From the NCBI GenBank assembly GCA_964360585.1, contig CAYHXC010000005.1, forward strand, positions 7,947 to 71,946: 64,000 nt of DNA, read 5' to 3'. The translations under genes and the position numbers were made by a program. The notes beneath the pieces were generated by a model. It searched no databases. It was not told where the DNA came from and saw nothing but the letters and a program-made list of their open reading frames with translations. Source of the stretch: an uncultured Candidatus Saccharibacteria bacterium. GTDB taxonomy: Bacteria; Patescibacteriota; Minisyncoccia; UBA6257; 2-01-FULL-56-20. Shown here piece after piece: positions 9,706-15,755 of this stretch; position 1 is the first letter of the stretch; every line of letters starts with the position of its first letter.

Positions 9706-9748
9706 GATAAACAGTAGGTCGTCGGTTCAAATCCGACGGGCGGCTCCA
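9706..9748 (+). other. tRNA-like 3' half (anticodon 3' strand, variable loop, T-arm, acceptor GGGCGGC, encoded CCA)
   Basis: AAACAGT-AGGTC-GTCGG-TTCAAAT-CCGAC-GGGCGGC-T-CCA. Compensatory T-stem changes relative to tRNA-Thr(UGU) argue against a decaying pseudogene. The acceptor strand pairs with the 5' half at 9518. Confidence 0.45.
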
Positions 9749-9755
9749 TGATTAT

Positions 9756-10181
9756 GTGGAGTATACTTTAAGGATGATAGAGAAAAACTACATCGATAAA
9801 TTGGCTTGGATATACGTTAAGGACGGGAAGGTATTGAGTACTCGTTCGAAAGGAAAAGATACGTATTACATTCCTGGTGGCAAGCGGGAGGGAAATGAAA
9901 CAGATTTACAGGCATTGATGAGAGAAATACAGGAAGAGTTAAATATTGAGCTTATTCCTGAGACAGTGGAGCATTTTGAAACCTTTGAAGCACAAGCTCA
10001 TGGAAAGCCAGAGGGAACGGTGGTGAGAATGACGTGCTACACGAGTGGCTTCCGAAGAGAAATAAAGGCCAGTTCGGAAATTGAGGAAGTGGTATGGCTG
10101 GATTATTCGGGCAGAGAAAAAAGTTCTCCTGTAGATAAATTAATCTTTGATTACTTGAAGAACAAAAATCTTATCGGCTAG
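9756..10181 (+). CDS. NUDIX hydrolase
   Basis: NUDIX box GGKREGNETDLQALMREIQEELNI. Confidence 0.8.
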   Translation: MEYTLRMIEKNYIDKLAWIYVKDGKVLSTRSKGKDTYYIPGGKREGNETDLQALMREIQEELNIELIPETVEHFETFEAQAHGKPEGTVVRMTCYTSGFRREIKASSEIEEVVWLDYSGREKSSPVDKLIFDYLKNKNLIG

Positions 10182-10194
10182 TTTATCAATCCCT

Positions 10195-10497
10195 ATGAAA
10201 TCAAAAGGGTTTGGTGTTGGCGTGTTGGTGGGAGTAGCAGTGGTGATTCTGGGCTCAATATATCTATTTACCCCGTACTGTTTCTTGCGTCCGACTATTT
10301 TTCCGCCGGACGTACCAGCTTGTCAGGGATTCTTGAGTTACTTCGGCTATCCAATTTTAGCGATCATGATTCCATTGACGTGGCTTGGTATTTCGGAGAA
10401 TTTAGCTTTTGATTTGAGCATCATCGTTCTAATTCTGCTCGGCGGACTCATGGGGAAAATTCTACAGTGGTTCTATAAAATTGTGTCCAAAAAATAA
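10195..10497 (+). CDS. Hypothetical small membrane protein (about 3 TM helices)
   Basis: Hydrophobic 100-aa ORF with tight spacing to its neighbours. Confidence 0.45.
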   Translation: MKSKGFGVGVLVGVAVVILGSIYLFTPYCFLRPTIFPPDVPACQGFLSYFGYPILAIMIPLTWLGISENLAFDLSIIVLILLGGLMGKILQWFYKIVSKK

Positions 10498-10511
10498 GAG
10501 AGTATAATCTA

Positions 10512-10718
10512 GTGAGAATCGGAGGTGTTATGAGTAACTGGGACGGGGAAAACTGGAAAAAACCAGAAGGGCATAGAAAAGATTTAGCAAGTGTGGAGTA
10601 TAGGGGTTCTTTCGGCACAATTCCCTATGACCGCGCCACTAGGAATCCACTTTGCCCCAAGTGCGGAGGAGAAACGGATCAAGCAGGGGAGCACTGTCTT
10701 AGTTGTCTATTGGGATAG
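10512..10718 (+). CDS. Hypothetical zinc-ribbon protein
   Basis: CPKCGG...CLSC C-terminal CxxC...CxxC pair. Confidence 0.4.
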   Translation: MRIGGVMSNWDGENWKKPEGHRKDLASVEYRGSFGTIPYDRATRNPLCPKCGGETDQAGEHCLSCLLG

Positions 10719-10842
10719 ATTATAGAGCTCAACCGTTCTGGTTCGCCAGCACGGTTTTTTTTGACTATTCAATTTAATCCCAGTAAAGACATTGTTGTGG
10801 TACACTAACACTATATTAGTTACTTAGTATACTGTAATACAT

Positions 10843-11427
10843 ATGATCGAGAAGAAATATCTTGAAGAGAAGTATATTCGAAATAAGAAATCAACAAGAG
10901 AGATAGCGATCGAGCTCAAGTGTTCTGAGCACAAGGTGAATTACTGGCTTGGGAAGCATAATATTTTAAAGAGGAATATCAGTGAAGCAATTTATCTGTA
11001 CCATAATCCGAATGGCGACCCTTTTGTTTTTTACGAGCCGAAGAATCAAGAGGAGTCTTTTCTTTTTGGCCTCGGCCTAGGTCTTTACTGGGGTGAAGGA
11101 ACAAAAGCGGACAAAATGTCAGTCCGTCTCGGTAATACTGATCCAAACTTGATAAAAAAATTTATAGAATTTCTTGTAGTAATATTCGGAATTGATAGAT
11201 TAGATCTTCGTTTTGGTCTCCAGTTATTTTCGGATATGAATGTCGAAGAAGCTATGGACTTTTGGATGAAAAGCCTTAGAATTTCAAAAGCTCAGTTTTA
11301 TAAGGTGGTAGTTACGCCCTCTCACAAAATTGGAACGTATCGTAAAAAGACTCTGTATGGAGTTTTGACTGTTTATTACCACAATAAGAAACTGAGAGAT
11401 TTACTAATCAGTAAATTGCCGTTGTAG
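10843..11427 (+). CDS. LAGLIDADG-like homing endonuclease (single-motif type) with an N-terminal HTH
   Basis: FLFGLGLGLYWGEGTKADKMSVRLGNTDPNLIKKFIEFL resembles the LAGLIDADG motif and following helix. N-terminal STREIAIELKCSEHKVNYWL looks like an HTH. The stop codon TAG overlaps the first bases of the intron-containing tRNA. Confidence 0.45.
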   Translation: MIEKKYLEEKYIRNKKSTREIAIELKCSEHKVNYWLGKHNILKRNISEAIYLYHNPNGDPFVFYEPKNQEESFLFGLGLGLYWGEGTKADKMSVRLGNTDPNLIKKFIEFLVVIFGIDRLDLRFGLQLFSDMNVEEAMDFWMKSLRISKAQFYKVVVTPSHKIGTYRKKTLYGVLTVYYHNKKLRDLLISKLPL

Positions 11428-11700
11428 CTCAGCTGGTAGAGCAACTCCATGGTGGATCGCAAAATCCTGCCCATCAAAGGAGAAATCCTTTGATGAATCC
11501 CGAATAACGGTTAACGGCCAAACAGTGGCTAAGACCGTGGCCCAATTGAGGGCCCGAACGACTGACAAGGGCCCCGCCAACCTTCGATGATCTTGAATAT
11601 ATCGAGGGCGGGGAAGATACAGTCTAGCCTTCTAGGATGTTTTTAAAACTAGAAGTGTAAGCGAAGGAGTAGGTCGCCGGTTCAATTCCGGCCAACGGCT
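11418..11700 (+). tRNA. tRNA-Thr (anticodon GGU) interrupted by a ~210-nt group-I-like intron in the anticodon loop
   Basis: 5' exon GCCGTTG-TA-GCTCAGCTGGTAGAGC-A-ACTCC-AUGGU (11418-11453). 3' exon AA-GGAGT-AGGTC-GCCGG-TTCAATT-CCGGC-CAACGGC-T (11664-11700). Acceptor and anticodon stems are complementary across the insertion. The 5' exon ends in U and the insertion ends in G, as at group I splice sites. Confidence 0.65.
11454..11663 (+). other. Group-I-like intron in the tRNA-Thr(GGU) anticodon loop, after position 36
   Basis: Highly structured 210 nt with multiple hairpins, ending in G. No internal ORF; the putative homing endonuclease lies immediately upstream instead. Confidence 0.5.
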
Positions 11701-11807
11701 CAAGGAGTTTTAGATAGGAAGAATTACCGAGATTTTCGGGGATAGAATAGATTTATGGTTAAGCATCCTGAAGTTTGTCAACTTTTAAGTAGTTCTCATC
11801 GTCTTAG

Positions 11808-12587
11808 CTATCCACGAAGCCCCAAAAAATTATTTAATAAACTAGGAATTCCCAAAGCTAAAGTAGCAATAACAGTAGCCACCACGGTATACAGTAATTG
11901 TTTTTTTGCTTTGGTTAAATTTTCACTTTCTCCTCTAGCCCAAACGTATAAATAGGCAGAGTAAAGACCAGAACCAGCGATAATAGTCCATAAAAGAATC
12001 TGAAATTGAGTTACAATACCGGTCAGTAAGCCTACGATATCCTGAACCGAACAAATTGGCCCTTGGCATGGAGGTAAAGAAAGTGAGTTATTTGATCCTC
12101 CGGTTGGTGGAGTAGAATTATTGGGACTAGCGTTGGAAGGAGGCGGATTGAGTGGTGTGGGAGGATTAGGGGGGCTACTAGCGGGAGGTTGCGGAGGTGG
12201 ATTCGTATTTGCCGTAGGAGACTTCCACTGATTTTCTGGAGCATTTGGGTCAACCAGATAATAGTTATCTAGGGAATCGTAATGTGTACAACGAATTGCT
12301 TGGCGCTTATCAGCAAAACTTGGTAATCCATTAATGATATATTGACAGTCGGACAAGACTTTTGACTCACACACCGGATCGCTGCTCGGCATATTGTAGA
12401 CAGGACATATTGGTTTCCACTCACCGGTAGCGAGCAATCTTACCTGTATTCTCCAGGCTATGTCGTTGGATCCGGGTATGGCTTGGTTAGGGTTTCCCCA
12501 GAATGACTTGAGTATTGCGTGTGTCGTTATTGGAGTAGCCAGTAAAATAACGGCAATAAAGAACTTGTACGACCTAAGAGGAGCCAT
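11808..12587 (-). CDS. Secreted protein with a Pro-rich linker and a C-terminal two-TM pilin-like (TrbC/VirB2-like) region
   Basis: Signal peptide MAPLRSYKFFIAVILLATPITTHA, a Cys-containing domain, a P-rich PPPQPPASSPPNPPTPLNPPPS linker, and a C-terminal hydrophobic hairpin with a charged loop (ARGESENLTKAKK). Confidence 0.45.
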   Translation of the reverse strand: MAPLRSYKFFIAVILLATPITTHAILKSFWGNPNQAIPGSNDIAWRIQVRLLATGEWKPICPVYNMPSSDPVCESKVLSDCQYIINGLPSFADKRQAIRCTHYDSLDNYYLVDPNAPENQWKSPTANTNPPPQPPASSPPNPPTPLNPPPSNASPNNSTPPTGGSNNSLSLPPCQGPICSVQDIVGLLTGIVTQFQILLWTIIAGSGLYSAYLYVWARGESENLTKAKKQLLYTVVATVIATLALGIPSLLNNFLGLRG

Positions 12588-12731
12588 ATTAAGGAAAGAT
12601 ATTATAATCTAGGTGTTCGCCGCCTTACTATAGCAAATAAGTGACGGCTAACGGTAGGCAGGTTGTGGACAGCAGCTCCGAAATGGTAGAATGGGACGAA
12701 AGGTTTATACTGAAGAAAATTATATACCCAC

Positions 12732-13628
12732 ATGAATTTCGAATCAATGCCAGGGGCTAGTGAAGTTCCCTCAGAAGATCAAGAAAGTATCGAATTGGCT
12801 GAAAAAACTGAAAATTTTACGTTAAATCTTAAGGAAGTTGCTAAATTAAAAGTACTGAAGAAGTACGCTGAAGAAATGGGAGGTGATTCTTTTGACATAA
12901 ACACCCACGCTCTCATCAAAGATTTCGATAGCTATATGGCGAGAAGAATTCCAGAAATCGGGTTAGAGAAAGCAGGTGTAGAGATGCGCAATATGGTAGA
13001 TGAGGCATTCCAGAGGATTCCCGAAAACAAGCGTGCTGAGTTATTTGAAGCCATTAAGAGTGAAAGTAATGAGATAGATCAACCCGAAATTGAGACGAAG
13101 GAAGAGAGGGAACCCACAGAAGCAGATCAAGAAGAAAAGAAGGACGATGGAGTAAAGACCCGATTAGAGGCCAGGGATTCTCCATTAACTGTGCGTGATG
13201 CGGTCGAGATAATGAAAGACGCCCAATCTTTACGGAGTTTCTGGGAAGTAATGAAAAGATTTGCTACAGATCAGGGAATAGGTTTTGAAGTTGCTAGACG
13301 AGGAGTTAATAACAGTAAATGGCCAACTATTTTTGACGAATTTGATCGAGTTATCATTGAAGGAGATGAGCAGAAGATTTTCCTTGATGATCTAAAGAAG
13401 GCAAGGTCGGTCGAGGAGATAAAATCTGCTCTAGTTGATATTGCTCGCGTGCAGGATCTTCCTGAAGGCGAAGTACGTTTCAAAGTGGGAGAACATGGTG
13501 GAGGGGGTGGAGATCTTTCTGGGTATTTGGACTATATTGATCGTTGCGATAAAGATAAGACACGTCTGGTACAGAATCCTAAAGATCCGATCCGAGCAGC
13601 GGTTGCGCGAGTTTTGGAGTTTAGGTAA
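12732..13628 (+). CDS. Hypothetical acidic protein
   Basis: 298-aa Glu/Asp-rich ORF with no recognisable motifs. Confidence 0.4.
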   Translation: MNFESMPGASEVPSEDQESIELAEKTENFTLNLKEVAKLKVLKKYAEEMGGDSFDINTHALIKDFDSYMARRIPEIGLEKAGVEMRNMVDEAFQRIPENKRAELFEAIKSESNEIDQPEIETKEEREPTEADQEEKKDDGVKTRLEARDSPLTVRDAVEIMKDAQSLRSFWEVMKRFATDQGIGFEVARRGVNNSKWPTIFDEFDRVIIEGDEQKIFLDDLKKARSVEEIKSALVDIARVQDLPEGEVRFKVGEHGGGGGDLSGYLDYIDRCDKDKTRLVQNPKDPIRAAVARVLEFR

Positions 13629-13784
13629 GGTGAGTCAAAATCTTGAAACTTGCAGTTCCCTTCATATTCTAGTACTATGAGGCTCATTGATTTTGTGTCT
13701 AGATGTGGGCTTCCGCTTTCTCCGCCAGCCGGCGGATTCGGCGGGACACTCATGTTTTTAGATACATCATAGATTTATAAAAAC

Positions 13785-13964
13785 ATGGCGAAAGCAAAGC
13801 GTTCCGACAAATTAATTGGCCTCAAGTGTTCCGTCTGTCAGCGACGCAATTATTACACGCGTAAAAATAAGAAGGTGGTAGAGCGCAAGATTGAGTACAA
13901 GAAATTCTGTTCTTGGTGCCGTAAGAAAACCGTCCATAAAGAAGGAAAGATTACTGGTAAATAA
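13785..13964 (+). CDS. rpmG: 50S ribosomal protein L33
   Basis: MAKAKRSDKLIGLKCSVCQRRNYYTRKNKKVVERKIEYKKFCSWCRKKTVHKEGK: four Cys in a zinc ribbon, L33 pattern. At 59 aa it is too short for the supplied ORF track. Confidence 0.8.
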   Translation: MAKAKRSDKLIGLKCSVCQRRNYYTRKNKKVVERKIEYKKFCSWCRKKTVHKEGKITGK

Positions 13965-13997
13965 CCACCTTTCCCCGCCCCATCTTCGCAGTATGCG

Positions 13998-14036
13998 TAT
14001 TCTTCACTTATAAATGCATATGCATTTATAAGTGAA
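13998..14036. terminator. Perfect palindrome (CTTCACTTATAAATGCATA/TATGCATTTATAAGTGAAG); probably a bidirectional terminator between rpmG and the convergent gene
   Basis: About 18-bp perfect inverted repeat between convergent genes. Confidence 0.5.
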
Positions 14037-14040
14037 GAAG

Positions 14041-14610
14041 TTATAGATTAAAAAATCTACGAATTTCACGCTCTTTCGCAATTTCTCTTGTTCGGAAGTA
14101 TAGAATATGTTTATTTAGATCAATTTCGAAAACACTGGCGATAAATTCTATCTCGGCGATACACTCGTAGGGGTATATCCAAACACTCCGCTGGAGCGGA
14201 AATAGACCAAGTCGCTTTAATTTTTCTCGAAAAGCTTCGGCGGCTTTCTTCTTTGTGACGGGAATATCATATATAAGTACCCTCCAGAACTTGTCCCAAG
14301 TGTCCGGTTTTTTAACACGCATTGAATCAATGTTGTATTGGCGAATAAGGTTTTCGCCTTTGTGTGAGAGGAGAATGCGAACTGTTCCATTGTCAAGTTC
14401 TTTAAATTCAATCAATTTGCGTCGTTCAAGCTCTCGAAGTTTCCGGGCTCGCATTCGCGCCTTTGCCGGACTGTCCTTAAAATACGCGCGAACTATTGTG
14501 TGAAGGAAGTAGGGGGAGGTACTCGCCACGATCGTCATCAATCCCAAAGAGGCGATGCGTAGCAGAGTATCTCGAGTCAAGTTTTCAGTCTTCAAAAATC
14601 CCCGAGGCAT
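14041..14610 (-). CDS. PaaX-like regulator: N-terminal winged HTH plus a C-terminal Cas2-like (VapD/Cas2-fold) domain
   Basis: C-terminal WRVLIYDIPVTKKKAAEAFREKLKRLGLFPLQRSVWIYPYEC follows the Cas2 pattern (vl.YDv...k.r.kv.k.L...G.rvQ.SVfec). The N-terminal KLIEFKELDNGTVRILLSHKGENL looks like a wHTH. Confidence 0.5.
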   Translation of the reverse strand: MPRGFLKTENLTRDTLLRIASLGLMTIVASTSPYFLHTIVRAYFKDSPAKARMRARKLRELERRKLIEFKELDNGTVRILLSHKGENLIRQYNIDSMRVKKPDTWDKFWRVLIYDIPVTKKKAAEAFREKLKRLGLFPLQRSVWIYPYECIAEIEFIASVFEIDLNKHILYFRTREIAKEREIRRFFNL

Positions 14611-14747
14611 ATTTTTAACTTATAATAGCATATGCCAGTATAGTGTAAACAGTTTGATGTAGCGGGCTTGTTAGTTGAAATATTCATTCAAAAAAAATAC
14701 CATTAATACCATTGGAAATGCGTCTTAGGTGTTTAAGTATCCCAAAG

Positions 14748-14818
14748 GGGGGTATCGTTCAATGGTAGGACTTCGGTCTCCAAAACCGAAAACCTAGGTT
14801 CGATTCCTAGTGCCCCCG
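14748..14818 (+). tRNA. tRNA-Trp (anticodon CCA)
   Basis: Acceptor GGGGGTA/TGCCCCC, anticodon arm TCGGT-CTCCAAA-ACCGA, T-arm CTAGG-TTCGATT-CCTAG. Confidence 0.8.
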
Positions 14819-14821
14819 CCT

Positions 14822-15010
14822 TCGCCTCGCTGTAGCTCGGCTTCGGCGCGGTAAAACCCGCCATGACGAGCGAAAGCGGGATTCGGTACGCCGAAGCGTA
14901 CCTACGGCGTGATAAAACCCGCCGAAGGTTCGCGGAGGAGACCTTCGCCTTGCCAAAGCTCTAAAGAGCATAGGCGAGCTTCGTCAAAGCTTCGGCGCGG
15001 CAAAGCCCGT
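14822..15010. repeat. GC-rich structured repeat (family CTCGCCTCGCTGTAGCT...GCGAAGCGGG) directly 3' of tRNA-Trp
   Basis: Internal direct repeats GCTTCGGCGCGG(T/C)AAA(A/G)CCCG and stems GCTTCGGCG/CGCCGAAGC. Related copies occur at 25375-25500 and 63770-63850. Confidence 0.5.
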
Positions 15011-15016
15011 AAAAAG

Positions 15017-15253
15017 ATGAATTACGTTTATATTTTAGAGTGTGGCGATAATGGGTTTTATACTGGTTGTATGAATGATCCAGGTAAAAGGTTAGAGCGT
15101 CATAAAGGGGGCAAAGTCCCAGCAACCAGAGATCGGTTGCCCGTTAAGCTAACTTCTTACTTCGCTTTTGATAATAAATATACCGCTTTCAATTTCAAAA
15201 AATACCTTAAATCTGGTTCGGGCCAGACCTTTCTCAAAAAGCATCTCGTGTGA
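15017..15253 (+). CDS. GIY-YIG nuclease-family small protein (YhbQ-like)
   Basis: MNYVYILECGDNGFYTGCMNDPGKRLERHKGG. The track ORF starts at 14909, but the ATG at 15017 gives the canonical GIY-YIG N-terminus. Confidence 0.65.
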   Translation: MNYVYILECGDNGFYTGCMNDPGKRLERHKGGKVPATRDRLPVKLTSYFAFDNKYTAFNFKKYLKSGSGQTFLKKHLV

Positions 15254-15323
15254 GTTTCCTAACATCCACCACTTGTTCATAACTTTTCGTAAGCGTGCGT
15301 TTTATTTTGCTATACTTATAGTA

Positions 15324-15695
15324 ATGAACTCCGGACAGAAGCGAACGCTTGTGGTTTTGGGCGTAATTCTTATCGCGCTGGTTGTCATTTTTTTCTCGTA
15401 CGATTTCTCGAAACGATTTTTGCCAGGGAATCAGAAGGAAGAGGTTCGGGAGCCACTCACAGCAGAAGAAATCGACGGGATCCTCAGAGATCTTGCCCCA
15501 TCACGAAATGTTACGTCTGCATCTCAACCAATACCCACAAAAGAGGAGCAGAAAATTTTAGATTCTCTGGCTCCGCCGCCGGCCAAAGTATCCGCGGGAA
15601 CTACTCAGCGTGGATCGTATCAGTACGCGCCACCACCCGCACCACCTCCGGAAACACAAGCTCTGCTCGATAGTTTGTCACCGGCAGCTCGGTGA
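15324..15695 (+). CDS. Hypothetical membrane-anchored Pro-rich protein
   Basis: MNSGQKRTLVVLGVILIALVVIFF TM helix followed by a P-rich tail. Start chosen at the internal ATG of the track ORF. Confidence 0.4.
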   Translation: MNSGQKRTLVVLGVILIALVVIFFSYDFSKRFLPGNQKEEVREPLTAEEIDGILRDLAPSRNVTSASQPIPTKEEQKILDSLAPPPAKVSAGTTQRGSYQYAPPPAPPPETQALLDSLSPAAR

Positions 15696-15755
15696 GTGGG
15701 GATAACTTAATTACCAAACAGTCAATTATTCTATAGTATTAACGTAATACGGCAC

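Noticed and set aside
9518-9748. tmRNA (tRNA-like ends with an internal ORF) as an explanation for the split tRNA halves
   Set aside because: There is no G3-U70 Ala identity pair, no tag-peptide ORF (ANDENYALAA-like) and no pseudoknot region. At about 230 nt it is too short, and the interior is a complete tRNA-Thr.
9399-9749. 116-aa minus-strand ORF (MEPPVGFEPTTY...) across the tRNA cluster
   Set aside because: The GFEPT-type peptide is the well-known artefact of translating the GGTTCGAATCC T-loops of tRNA genes on the opposite strand. It overlaps three tRNA-like elements.
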